NCBI GenBank assembly: GCA_930990515.1
Contig: CAKNPS010000001.1
Location: 103,280-167,279 of the forward strand
Origin: an uncultured Clostridia bacterium
Lineage (GTDB): Bacteria; Bacillota; Clostridia; Christensenellales; UBA1242
Length of the DNA stretch: 64,000 bases
Direction of reading: 5' to 3'
In this document: positions 47,723 to 57,900 of the stretch, one piece after another
How positions within the stretch are numbered: the first letter of the stretch is position 1
Layout of the letters: every line of letters begins with the position of its first letter
Translations under genes and position numbers: made by a program
The notes under the pieces: generated by a model
What the model saw: the letters and a program-made list of their open reading frames with translations, nothing else
Told to the model about the DNA's origin: nothing
The model's database searches: none

Positions 47723-48843
47723 TAAGTAACCCTTTTCTTTATATCATTATAAACACGAATAATAATTTCCCCTGCTTTTTCAATTTCTTCAACAGTTTGA
47801 TAAGCATTGAAACTTATTCTGCAACTTGAAATTATATCATTCTTTGTAATTCCAATTTGCTCTAAAACTCTGTTTCCTGCTTTTTTAGAAGAACAAGCAC
47901 TGCCAAGCCCAACAATAACCCCATTTTCTTCAAGTGCGTGAAGCATTGTTTCTCCTTTAACACCAGAGAAAACCAAACTTTCTATATAAGGCGAACCAGC
48001 AAAGTTTAAAATTTTGATACCGTTTTCTTTTGATATGACTTCATTAAATTTTTCTTTCAAATTCTTCGCATTTTCAAAATTTTGTTTAACATCAATTTTT
48101 TCAAGAGCGGTTTTTAAAGCCATAATTGCTGGCACATTTTCTGTGCCCGAACGAAGCCCATATTCTTGTCCACCACCATCGACAATATTTTTTATTAGAC
48201 TTAATTTTCTCACATATAACCCACCAACACCTTTTGGTCCGTGAAATTTATGGGCACTAAAAGTGAGTAAGTCAACTTTAAAATCTTCCACTGAAAAAGG
48301 AATTTTCATAAAACCTTGAACAGCATCAATATGAAGAATCGCATTTGGAGCAAACTTTTCACGAAGTTTGGAAATTTCCTTAATATCATTGATTGCACCA
48401 GTTTCATTGCTGACAAAAATTGTGCTGATAAGTCTTGTTTTTGAATTCAACTTACTTTTTAAATCATCTAAATCAATCTTTCCATCTTCCTTGAGTTTAA
48501 CAAAATGGACTTTCTTTCCCTGCATTTCCAAAGTTTTTGCCACATTCAAAACTGAAGGATGTTCCCCACTTGAAAAGACATATTCATAATCTCCACCACG
48601 CATCGAACCTTTGATGGCAAGGTTGTTACTCTCTGTCGCCCCACCCGTGAAGATAATTGTTCCTTCAAAGGCATTAAGTTTCTTCAAAATGAGAGAACGA
48701 ACATCATTTATCTCTGCACCAATTTTGGCACTCACTTTTGTAACAGCAGATGGATTATAAAATTCTTGACACGAATAAAAAGAATATGTTTTCACACATT
48801 CTTCAAACATTTTTGTTGTTCCTGCATTATCAAGAAATATCAT
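47722..48843 (-). CDS. cysteine desulfurase (NifZ/IscS-like partner of ThiI)
   Basis: Class-V aminotransferase fold, SAHKFHGPKGVGGLYVR, and Cys loop LGSACSS. Confidence 0.9.
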   Translation of the reverse strand: MIFLDNAGTTKMFEECVKTYSFYSCQEFYNPSAVTKVSAKIGAEINDVRSLILKKLNAFEGTIIFTGGATESNNLAIKGSMRGGDYEYVFSSGEHPSVLNVAKTLEMQGKKVHFVKLKEDGKIDLDDLKSKLNSKTRLISTIFVSNETGAINDIKEISKLREKFAPNAILHIDAVQGFMKIPFSVEDFKVDLLTFSAHKFHGPKGVGGLYVRKLSLIKNIVDGGGQEYGLRSGTENVPAIMALKTALEKIDVKQNFENAKNLKEKFNEVISKENGIKILNFAGSPYIESLVFSGVKGETMLHALEENGVIVGLGSACSSKKAGNRVLEQIGITKNDIISSCRISFNAYQTVEEIEKAGEIIIRVYNDIKKRVT

Positions 48844-48918
48844 TTTTCTCCTTTATATAATCATTGAGCAAAATTTAAATTACTAAACACGATAAGACAA
48901 AATTTTAAAATAATTTTG

Positions 48919-51318
48919 TTATGCTCTTAGTTTAGCACCAAACCTAAATTCTAAACTCTTTAACACCTTTTTAATTATAGCATTAATTTCGTCAGCAGTC
49001 AAAGTTTTATCATCACTTACTAGACGAATTTTATATGCAAGACTTTTGTTGTTTTCTCCAAGACTCTCACTGCGATAAACATCAAAGAGTTCGCACTCAA
49101 AGAAATGCTTACCACAAGCAGATTTAATTGCAGAGATAAGTTCTCCATTTGTCACCTTTTCATCAGCAACAACTGCAATATCTCTTTCAACAATAGGGAA
49201 TTTGGAAATTTCCTTTGTCGCATAAGTTTTTTCAGGAAGTTTAGATAAATAATCAGTGTCAAGTTCGGCATAATAAACATCTTCAGAAATGTCATAGTTT
49301 TTCAAAACTTTTTTATGCACTTTACCAAACCAGCCAACTTTTTTGCCATCACTTGCAATTATGTCAGCACTCACACCACTGTGAAGATAAGGTTCTTTTG
49401 ACCTTTCAAGTTTATATTCAAGTGGGAAAGAAATAAGCAAGTTTTCAATAACATTTTTAAGCATAAAGAAATCATATCCATCTTCACAAACTGCGATTGA
49501 CAAACGATTGTTTTCAACTGGAAGTTCGGTAAGTGGTAAAGATTTTGGTTGATAAACTCTCCCAGTTTCAAAAAATCTTAAGCCTTTATTCCCAACAGAC
49601 AAATTATAGTGAATATCAAGAAGTAAAGCATGCGCCATAACAGTTCTTACTGTTGACAAATCTTCACTAATAGGATTTGCAAGTTTAATGACATTTTTTC
49701 TTTCGTCATTTATCATAAGTTTTTCAATAGCAGATGGAGAATAAAGTGAGTAGTTCAAAGTTTCATAGAAACCATTGTCCACAAGTTCATTTTTCATCTT
49801 GTTTTCCATAACAAGTCTAGGTTCAAACGCTCCGACAGTGACAGAAGAATGTTCAAATGCACCACCTTCAACATTATTATAAACATCATAGCCATAAATT
49901 CTGATTAATTCTTCAGCTAAATCATTTTCATTTTCAACATCTTCACGATAATATGGTAAAGTGCAAGAAAGTTTGTCGCCATTTAAAATTGATTTAATCC
50001 CTAAACTATTTAAAATTTGAAGCACTCTCTTTCTATCAATTGTCACTCCTAATATTTTATCAATTTTAGACATTGAAGCTTCAATTTTCCTTTCTGGAAC
50101 TTCCTTTTGTTTGCAAGTGTCAATAATTCCATCAACAATCTTTCCGCAATTTAATGTTGAAACCAAATTTAATGCTCTTTGGATTGCTTTAATTGGTGTT
50201 GATAAATAAACACCCTTTGAATATCTCAAAGAAGAGTCCGTCATAACACCAATTTTACGGCTAGTGAGTCTCACACTCTTTAAATCAAAAACAGCACATT
50301 CAAAAATTGTTTCTGTGGTATCTTTCTCCACACAAGAATTAACTCCACCAATAACCCCTGCAATAACAACTGGTTTAACACTGTCAGCAATAACCATATC
50401 ATCAGAATTTAATGTGTAGGTATTTCCATTTAAAACGGCAATTTTTTCATCTTTTTTGGCATCACGAACAATAATTTTGCTTCCTGCAAGATGTTTATAG
50501 TCAAATGCGTGCATTGGCTGACCTTGTTCAATAAGAACATAGTTTGTGATATCAACAATGGTATTTATTGGTTTAATTCCAACTGCAAAAAGACGAGAAC
50601 GGAGCCAAAGTGGAGAACGAGTAAGTTTCAAATCTTTGACATAACTTGCCATATATCTTGGACATTTTTCTGTCTTAACTTCAACAGAAATATGGTCATT
50701 GATATTTCCGCCAACTGTTTTATATGAATAGTCAACATCTTTAAAAGGTTTATCGTAAATTGCACAAATTTCTCTTGCAATTCCAATAATACTGTTGCAA
50801 TCAGGACGATTTGGTGTTACATTGATGTCCAAAACAACATCATTAAGCATCAAAGCATCTTCAATCTTTGCCCCAATTTTCATATCATTTGGTAAAATTA
50901 AAATTCCATTAACTCCACCACCTTCGATATAGTTTTCATCAATTCCAAGTTCTTCTCCAGAGCAAAACATTCCGTCACTTTTAACACCCCTAAAATTAGT
51001 AGGTTTGATTTTAACACCATTAACTAAATCTGCTCCTTCAAGTGAAACAGGAACAACAGCACCTTCAAAGACATTTGTCGCAGAAGTTATAATTTGAACT
51101 TTTTTATCTCCGACATCAACTTGACAAATTTGAAGTCTATCTGCTTCTGGGTGCTTTTCAATTTTGGTAATTTTGCCAACATAAACATCGTGTAAATGTT
51201 CATTTTGGAAAGAATATTCTTCAACTTCAAAACCCGAAGTGGAAAGCTTTTCAGCGAGTTCTTCAACAGGAATGTCAATATCAACAAAATCTTTAAGCCA
51301 ATTATAAGAAACTTTCAT
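48919..51318 (-). CDS. pheT: phenylalanine--tRNA ligase beta subunit
   Basis: N-terminal MKVSYNWLKDFVD, tRNA-binding OB domain, B3/4 and B5 domains, and C-terminal FDX-ACB domain; 799 aa. Confidence 0.96.
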   Translation of the reverse strand: MKVSYNWLKDFVDIDIPVEELAEKLSTSGFEVEEYSFQNEHLHDVYVGKITKIEKHPEADRLQICQVDVGDKKVQIITSATNVFEGAVVPVSLEGADLVNGVKIKPTNFRGVKSDGMFCSGEELGIDENYIEGGGVNGILILPNDMKIGAKIEDALMLNDVVLDINVTPNRPDCNSIIGIAREICAIYDKPFKDVDYSYKTVGGNINDHISVEVKTEKCPRYMASYVKDLKLTRSPLWLRSRLFAVGIKPINTIVDITNYVLIEQGQPMHAFDYKHLAGSKIIVRDAKKDEKIAVLNGNTYTLNSDDMVIADSVKPVVIAGVIGGVNSCVEKDTTETIFECAVFDLKSVRLTSRKIGVMTDSSLRYSKGVYLSTPIKAIQRALNLVSTLNCGKIVDGIIDTCKQKEVPERKIEASMSKIDKILGVTIDRKRVLQILNSLGIKSILNGDKLSCTLPYYREDVENENDLAEELIRIYGYDVYNNVEGGAFEHSSVTVGAFEPRLVMENKMKNELVDNGFYETLNYSLYSPSAIEKLMINDERKNVIKLANPISEDLSTVRTVMAHALLLDIHYNLSVGNKGLRFFETGRVYQPKSLPLTELPVENNRLSIAVCEDGYDFFMLKNVIENLLISFPLEYKLERSKEPYLHSGVSADIIASDGKKVGWFGKVHKKVLKNYDISEDVYYAELDTDYLSKLPEKTYATKEISKFPIVERDIAVVADEKVTNGELISAIKSACGKHFFECELFDVYRSESLGENNKSLAYKIRLVSDDKTLTADEINAIIKKVLKSLEFRFGAKLRA

Positions 51319-51340
51319 TTTCTTTCTCCTTTATATAAAA

Positions 51341-51377
51341 CACAATATATAGTGTAGTATGCATTGCATAACACAAC
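51341..51377. repeat. palindromic repeat family, copy G (pheS-pheT spacer)
   Basis: CACAATATATAGTGTAGTATGCA-T-TGCATAACACAAC. Confidence 0.8.
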
Positions 51378-51380
51378 AAA

Positions 51381-52400
51381 TTAACGCATTTGCTTTAAAA
51401 ATCTCATATCATTTCTAAATAGGTATTTAATGTTAGGAATTTTATTTAAAACCATAACACTTCTGTCAATACCAGGTCCAAAGGCAAAACCCGAATATTT
51501 CTTACTGTCAATTCCAGACATTTCCAGAACTTTTGGATTGACAACTCCTGCCCCAAAAACTTCTGAAAACCCAGAACCTTTGCAAAGTGAACAACCTTTT
51601 CCACCACACATTTGACAAGTTGCATCAATTTCAATTGAAGGTTCAGTGAATGGGAAATATGAAGGACGAACACGCATTTTAACATCTTCGCCGAATAAAC
51701 GCTTCAAAATTGTGTCAATCATTTTCATTAAATCTTTAAGACCAACATTCTCATCAACCACAAGTGCTTCAAATTGATTAAAGATTGGAGAATGAGAACT
51801 GTCATCATCATTTCGATAAACTCTCCCAGGACAAACAATTTTAAATGGTGGTTTAATTGTTTCCATTGCGTGAACTTGCATATTTGATGTTTGAGTACGA
51901 AGCACAATGTTGTCAGTAATGTAAAGTGAGTCTTGCATATCTCTTGCAGGGTGATTTTTTGGAACATTCAATGCTTCAAAGTTATAGTAGTCAGTGTCAA
52001 TTTCTGGTCCTTGAATAACAGTAAAGCCCATTTCCACGCAAATATCCATAAATTTATTATTAAATCGTGTTAAAGGGTGAAGGGAACCTTTCTTAATCCC
52101 CTTGCTTGGCATTGTTATGTCAACTCTTTCTTTTTCCATTTCGACTTCAAGTTGTTGTTCTTCTAAGACTGCAAGTTTTTTAGACAATGCTTCTTCAATT
52201 TTGTTTCTAACAACATTTGCAAGCATACCAACATCTTTTCTTTCTTCTGCTGGAATTTCTTTCATATTTCGTAAAATTGCAGTAAGTTCGCCTTGTTTGC
52301 CCAAAAACTTAACACGCACATCATCTAATGCTTTCAAATTATCAGCATTTTCAATTTCACTTAAGCCATTTTTCAAAATTGCATCTAATTTCTCTTTCAC
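51381..52400 (-). CDS. pheS: phenylalanine--tRNA ligase alpha subunit
   Basis: Class II motifs (HPARDMQDSLY, FRNDDDSSHSPIFNQFE, GFAFGPGIDR). GTG start after GGAGAG. Confidence 0.96.
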   Translation of the reverse strand: MKEKLDAILKNGLSEIENADNLKALDDVRVKFLGKQGELTAILRNMKEIPAEERKDVGMLANVVRNKIEEALSKKLAVLEEQQLEVEMEKERVDITMPSKGIKKGSLHPLTRFNNKFMDICVEMGFTVIQGPEIDTDYYNFEALNVPKNHPARDMQDSLYITDNIVLRTQTSNMQVHAMETIKPPFKIVCPGRVYRNDDDSSHSPIFNQFEALVVDENVGLKDLMKMIDTILKRLFGEDVKMRVRPSYFPFTEPSIEIDATCQMCGGKGCSLCKGSGFSEVFGAGVVNPKVLEMSGIDSKKYSGFAFGPGIDRSVMVLNKIPNIKYLFRNDMRFLKQMR

Positions 52401-52420
52401 TTTGCTCTCCTTTTAAACAA

Positions 52421-52661
52421 AAAAAATGCCGTCCTATTATTAGGACGACATAGCCGTGGTACCACCTAACTTTATGCTTATAGAAGCACCTTAATTTTGC
52501 ATTTTACGCCTGCATACGCGACAACCCCTACACAAGATAAACTCTTCAAGGTGCAACTAGAAAGTGAATTCAATGCCACATTCCTTGCCTTATTTCCAGC
52601 AACCAAAGGCTCTCTGTAAGAAACTTTTTGACATCTACTAGTCTTTCATCATCGTTTTTAC
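52421..52661 (-). promoter_or_regulatory. T-box riboswitch leader (Phe, specifier UUC) controlling pheST
   Basis: On the minus strand: AGAGA in Stem I, specifier loop GAA-UUC-A (UUC at 52568-52566), the conserved T-box AGGTGGTACCACGG (52467-52454), and then terminator GTCGTCCTA-ataa-TAGGACGGC plus T8 (52450-52421). Confidence 0.88.
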
Positions 52662-52667
52662 ACTCAA

Positions 52668-52696
52668 ATTATAATCATTTAATAAAGTTTTGTCAA
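52668..52696 (-). promoter_or_regulatory. sigma-A promoter of the pheST T-box leader
   Basis: On the minus strand: TTGACA (52696-52691), 17 nt spacer, TATAAT (52673-52668). Confidence 0.75.
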
Positions 52697-52723
52697 GTAA
52701 AAATGGAAACTTGTTAGCATATT

Positions 52724-52751
52724 TTGAAAATCAGCAAATTTATGATAAAAT
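52724..52751 (+). promoter_or_regulatory. sigma-A-type promoter of the pseudouridine synthase gene; leaderless geometry
   Basis: TTGAAA (52724-52729), 16 nt spacer, TGa-TAAAAT (52746-52751), then 6 nt (ATACCC) and ATG 52758. There is no SD. Confidence 0.5.
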
Positions 52752-52757
52752 ATACCC

Positions 52758-53684
52758 ATGGGAACAATCATTAAACCTAAAAATAATTTAACTAATTCAC
52801 AAAACAATATTAATAAAGAAACGCAAATTAACTACTATAAAATTTCAGTTTCAAACATTGTTGAAAAAACAAATGTTTATCTATATCTTCGCAAAAATGG
52901 TTTTTCCGAACATTATCTTAAAAATTTAAGAAACAAAGATAACGCAATTTTAGTAAACAACTCTCCTTCCACTGCACGAACACTATTAAATAATGGAGAC
53001 ATCTTAGAAATTGATAAAAATCCTTATTCTCCAACAAAAATTAAAAAAGTTGAAAAAGATATAGACGTGGTCTATGAAGATGAAAATTATCTCCTTGTAA
53101 ACAAGCCACCACTTCTTGCCACAATGCCCACAAAATCACACTATGAAGACAATCTTGCAGGACGAATTGTGGCATATATAAATGATGACAGTTTCACACT
53201 TAGAGTTTTTAATCGCCTAGACAGAGAAGCATCAGGACTTATTCTTATTTCAAAAGATGCAATTACTCATCAATTTACAGAAATATTAAATAAAGAATAT
53301 TATGCAATATGTCACGGAATTTTGGAAAATAAAACGATAATTGAAAAACCTATTTTAACAATAAATAATAATGGCATAAATGAAATGAAAAGGGTAATTT
53401 CCCCACTTGGTCAATATGCAAAAACAACTTTAACTCCTGTTAAAGCACTAAATGGTAAAACTTTATTAAAAGCTGAGATAATAAAAGGAAGAACACACCA
53501 AATTCGTCTGCACTGTGCGTCAATAACACATTCTCTTATTGGTGACAAAATTTACGGAATAAATGACGAATTTTCTCACACATTTTTACACTTAAAGTCA
53601 ATCTCATTTTATAATAAACTACTTAACAAAAACTATCATTTTGAAATAAATCTCCCAGAAGAATTTGAAAAAGTCATAAAATAA
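52758..53684 (+). CDS. RluA/RluD-family pseudouridine synthase
   Basis: S4-like N-domain, catalytic RLDREASGL, and GRTHQIRLH. Confidence 0.9.
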   Translation: MGTIIKPKNNLTNSQNNINKETQINYYKISVSNIVEKTNVYLYLRKNGFSEHYLKNLRNKDNAILVNNSPSTARTLLNNGDILEIDKNPYSPTKIKKVEKDIDVVYEDENYLLVNKPPLLATMPTKSHYEDNLAGRIVAYINDDSFTLRVFNRLDREASGLILISKDAITHQFTEILNKEYYAICHGILENKTIIEKPILTINNNGINEMKRVISPLGQYAKTTLTPVKALNGKTLLKAEIIKGRTHQIRLHCASITHSLIGDKIYGINDEFSHTFLHLKSISFYNKLLNKNYHFEINLPEEFEKVIK

Positions 53685-53701
53685 AATGAATTTTAACAAT
53701 G

Positions 53702-53726
53702 AAAAAAGACCTTGATGGTCTTTTTT
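53702..53726. terminator. bidirectional rho-independent terminator
   Basis: AAAAAGACC-ttgat-GGTCTTTTT with A/T runs on both sides. It serves the convergent rluD-like gene and the small ORF. Confidence 0.8.
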
Positions 53727-53737
53727 CATTTTGGGAA

Positions 53738-53887
53738 CTATTTGCATTTTTTTGAAGACTTACTAGATTTTGCTTCTCTTCCAGCTTCGCAATTTCTTGC
53801 ATTTGAAGAAGTTCTTGAAGAAGTTTCTCTCCCTGCTTCAGCATTTGAGCAGTTTTTACAAGCCTTCTCTTTCTTTTTACCAAACAT
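53738..53887 (-). CDS. small Lys/Ser/Cys-rich protein (49 aa), unannotated in the track
   Basis: GGGAGG lies 6 nt upstream of the ATG. Translation: MFGKKKEKACKNCSNAEAGRETSSRTSSNARNCEAGREAKSSKSSKKCK, with internal repeat NC..EAGRE x2. A terminator follows 11 nt after the stop. Confidence 0.5.
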   Translation of the reverse strand: MFGKKKEKACKNCSNAEAGRETSSRTSSNARNCEAGREAKSSKSSKKCK

Positions 53888-54030
53888 AGTTTACCTCCCA
53901 TTTTTCAAGGAATATTTCCTTGTTAATTATATTGTTATTAAAAAAACAATTTTTATTCAAAAATAGAGAAAATAAGCAAAATTTTTTGAAGCAATTAAAA
54001 CAAAACAATGTAATTAAAAATAACAAACTT

Positions 54031-54064
54031 TAAAATAAAAATACCCTTAGCATTTCTAAGGATA
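54031..54064 (-). terminator. rho-independent terminator after the DUF1292 gene
   Basis: On the minus strand: CCTTAG-aaatg-CTAAGG followed by gTATTTTTATTTT. Confidence 0.6.
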
Positions 54065-54084
54065 TTTTTTACTTTAATAAACGA

Positions 54085-54477
54085 TTATTTCTTAGCTTTC
54101 TTTTTATTTTTAGTAGCTTCTTTATTTGCTTCTTCAACAAGATTATAATATTCGTCAAAAATCTTAATAGCAATTTCTTGGTCTGCTTCTGGTCTTAAAG
54201 TTGTAGGCTTTGTTGTTTCGTCACATAAAAAGACAATTGCTTCATCGTCTTTAACACCTTCAATTTTATCAATAGGTTTTAGAACAGCATAAATTTTGTT
54301 GTCATAAGGAACGATTGCAACTTGTTCAAATCTAATTCTTTTCCCTTTGTCATCTTCTAAAACAATAGGATCAGTGTCATTTTGATCCAATAAAACATCT
54401 AAAATATCAAAATCTGACATTTCTTTTTCAACATCATTTGAAATTTCTTCAAGTTTTTTAACTTTATTCTTATCCAT
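54085..54477 (-). CDS. DUF1292 (YrzB-like) protein
   Basis: The start was moved to ATG 54477 (MDKNKV), after AAGGGGA. The core reads LEDDKGKRIRFEQVAIVPYDNKIYAVLKPID...DEAIVF. Confidence 0.8.
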   Translation of the reverse strand: MDKNKVKKLEEISNDVEKEMSDFDILDVLLDQNDTDPIVLEDDKGKRIRFEQVAIVPYDNKIYAVLKPIDKIEGVKDDEAIVFLCDETTKPTTLRPEADQEIAIKIFDEYYNLVEEANKEATKNKKKAKK

Positions 54478-54496
54478 AATATTTTCCCCTTTTCTT

Positions 54497-54916
54497 TTAT
54501 TTATTTTCATCAAGATAGTTTTGTAAGATTATCTGAGCGGAAACTTTATCAAGAAGTTTTTTCCTATCTTCCCACTTGAGTCCTGCTTCCTTCAAATATT
54601 CTTCAGCTTCAAAAGATGTATATCTTTCATCTTGATAAAAAACTTTGATTTGTGAATAATCTTCAAGAGCTTTTCCAAAATCTTTAACTTTCAAAGACAT
54701 TTCACTTTCAGTGCCATCTGCATTGAGCGGTAACCCAAGAACAATCCCCGAAACATCATTCTCTTTTGCATAAGAAGAAAGATAATTTAAATCTTCTTCA
54801 TGCCCCCGACTTTTATATATGCTATCAGCAGTAGCAATTGTCGCGGTGTAATCAGAAAACGCAATTCCAATTCTCGAATTACCATAATCAAGTCCCATAA
54901 ATCTTTTATATTGCAT
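54497..54916 (-). CDS. ruvX: YqgF/RuvX-family putative pre-16S rRNA nuclease
   Basis: MGLDYGNSRIGIAFSD...ERYTS motif; 139 aa. Confidence 0.92.
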   Translation of the reverse strand: MQYKRFMGLDYGNSRIGIAFSDYTATIATADSIYKSRGHEEDLNYLSSYAKENDVSGIVLGLPLNADGTESEMSLKVKDFGKALEDYSQIKVFYQDERYTSFEAEEYLKEAGLKWEDRKKLLDKVSAQIILQNYLDENK

Positions 54917-54999
54917 ATATCACCATTTATATTTTAACTTAAAGAAAATTAATTGTCAAATAAATTTCGAAAATATATTTTTTATTTAATTAAAAAATC

Positions 55000-57900
55000 T
55001 TATAATACACAAGCAAAATTTGCTAAAGCGATAGTGACTCTAAAACCTAACATCATATCCATATCAGTTTGCGTAACCGAGCCAAATCTTGTGATACTCT
55101 CGCCCACTTTTATATTGCTTCCTAAACCTCTTGTCCAATACATTTTGCCTCTTAACATGTCGCTCACTAAATCGCTATATTCTGCCTCACACTCTCCAAA
55201 CACTTCCGCTATTTCCTCGACATTTGAAACTATATAATTTGCAGTCAATATTTCGTCTGTTTCCGAATCTAAAATTCCATTATTTATATTCATATACTTA
55301 TCTACTGTGAAATTTCGCGTCGCTAAAAGTTCTGTATCTATGGTTGTGCTGGAAATTAAGCTGTTTGAGTTGGTGTATAAATCAGACTCAACAAAGCCTT
55401 CTCCTAAACTCAACCCAACACTATCAAACACACTTGTAAAGACTATCTTCTCTGTTACCGCTGTCACATTCGCACTTTCTGTACCAAATTCTTCTTCGTA
55501 TTCTCCTGCTAAAACATATCTTACTGATAAAACCTTGTAATATGTGTTGTTCGATGACAAATACGCATATTCTTCTCCGTTAAAGGTATATGAATTTAAA
55601 GCATTTCCTCCCATTTGATAAGTTTGAGTAATGGCACTTTCTGAATTTCTTAAATTGTCTAGCTCTGAGATGATTCCACTGTCCGTCACCCTATCTTGTG
55701 GAAACATTCCCATTTCCACATACCAGTATCCTTTCTCTTCGTCAAAATGTGCCGGATTTGTCGCTTCCCATTTAGCATAAATTGTAGCATCACTTGTTGT
55801 AAAATTATTGTTTCCAACAATATTTCCAGTTTCGTCGATAATTTGATTTCCTAAACCATTTTGCAAAGTATAATATCCACCAAAATCATAGCCCGCTTTT
55901 TCGCGAAGCCCAACTACACTCTCAATTGTATAAATTTGATTAGTTGTTGCACTGTCAGAATAGAAACCAGTATCATATTTTATAAAAATTGTCGAAGCTG
56001 ACTCGCCATTTTCGTGCTCAAGTGTAATTTCATAGGTAATAGGTTGCCAAACAGCGTATAAAGTCACCGACTGTGATGCGCTGTAAGTTTGATTAAACAT
56101 ATAATTTTCACCAGGATAATAGCTTGGACTGGTTGCTATGTTTGAAGTTGACCAACCTAGGAAATTATATCCTGTCCGTGTTGGAATACTATTCGAAATT
56201 GTAAAACTAATTGAGTTTCTTATATTCCCACACTGGTTCCAATATTGTGCTGATGACAATGTAACATTTGTGCCAGAACCTCCGTTAAAATTAAAATAAA
56301 GATAAACGGAACGCCAAGAAATTGCATACCAAGATAATGTTGATGTGCTTTGAGTGTAAGTTGTATCTGAAATTGTTGTATTACCAGCATATCTTCTTTC
56401 GATAGTTGAATTACTGAAAGCCCAACCATATAAACTCCAACCATTAGAATTATAATAAGGTAGATATGAGGCGGAACGTGTTGTGAAACTTTGGTTATAA
56501 GTTCTTATTTGCGTGTCAGAACTTGTTACTCCGCTACTATTTCGATAATGATAAATGTTGTTATAAGTTTTTGCCGTCCATCTAGCATAAAGTGTATGAT
56601 TAGCAGTTTGTGTGAAAACTGTTGAAGAAGTTACAGGGCTGCCTGTAAAACTAGAATTCGTATACCAACCGTTGAAAGTGTAACCTGTTCGAACAGGTGT
56701 TGGAAGAGTGCCATAAGCTTCTCCATACTCCACAGTAATAGGAGCTAACGGCTCTTCAAAGGAAATATCTGAAACTTTTTGGACTGCACAATTTCTTATG
56801 TATAAGTAATCACCAGACTGCCATTCTGATGAATAAAATGTAAAAGCAAAAAAATCATAATTAATAGCAGTGAAAGTATTTGTAAACGTTTGCCAAGAAG
56901 ATGTTATTGTTTCAGTTGTTCTTTCACTCATTTCATGGCCAAAATAATCAATATTAATAGTTCGAGAAGCTCTTAACTCAATACTCCACTTATATTCTTC
57001 TCCAACAGTCAAAGGAACTCCTTCTAAGTATGGGCCACTTTGATCGCTTGTCGAATTTGAAGTCAAAGATATAACCACATTTTGCGAGTTTCCTTCAATA
57101 GTAGATGTCGAAGCGCCAGTTACGGAATTAAATTGCACAGAATATGGATACCGAACATAGTTATCCGAATCAAAATTAATATAATAAGTATTTGACATCT
57201 GAATTACGATTATATCGTCCCAGTCACCTGGATCATGACCAGTAAATGACGCAGTATAAGTATATGTTCCATCACTTTCAACAATAGTTCCTCGTGAACA
57301 AGTTACGCTTTCAACATAATAACCTGTGGTAGGTATAATATTTGAAATCCTAATCTCTTGATCTTTTCCACAATATGGGTCTTGCTGGTCAGTAATATTA
57401 CTATAAGAGCTTCCTGAGTATTGGTTCCAAGTATTCATTGTTCCACTTAAATAATCTTGTACCCCACTGGGGTTTAATATGTTTATATCAATATTATATA
57501 AATATTCCATTTGAATTGTAATAATTATATCCATTCCTCCAGTAGGCGTTCCATAATCTTGTATATTGGATCCTGGCCAAGAAAGAGAAAAGATAAAAGA
57601 GCCATTATTACTAGTCCTCGATATTAATGCGCTAATATAAACAGTATATGTAATGTACTTAAAATAATAACCTGTGGTTGGTGTTATATTCCAAATCATA
57701 AGAGAAGAACCTGCAACCAAATATACTTCACCTTGCTCGTTGTTAACATTGGTGTAATTTTGATTTCCCCAATGTGTACTATAATTCATTGTCCCACTAT
57801 TAAAATCTTGTTCTCCGTTAGGGTTCAAAATATTTATATCAACTCTATATCTTTTTAATGAAAGATATACATCAAAAGTAATGGAACCATTGCCAAAAAT

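Noticed and set aside
51341-51356. Flanks of the palindromic repeats resembling NrdR boxes (ACACWAWATWTWGTGT), e.g. ACACAATATATAGTGT at 51341 and ACACTATATTTTGTGG at 2003
   Set aside because: No nrd genes are nearby. The boxes are single rather than the tandem pair spaced about 31 bp apart that NrdR uses. The resemblance is confined to an AT-rich CAC-N10-GTG palindrome that is part of the larger repeat.
53674-53966. 75-aa minus-strand and 84-aa plus-strand ORFs from the track
   Set aside because: Neither has an RBS. The same DNA holds a 49-aa ORF in another frame with GGGAGG and a terminator, which explains the open frames.
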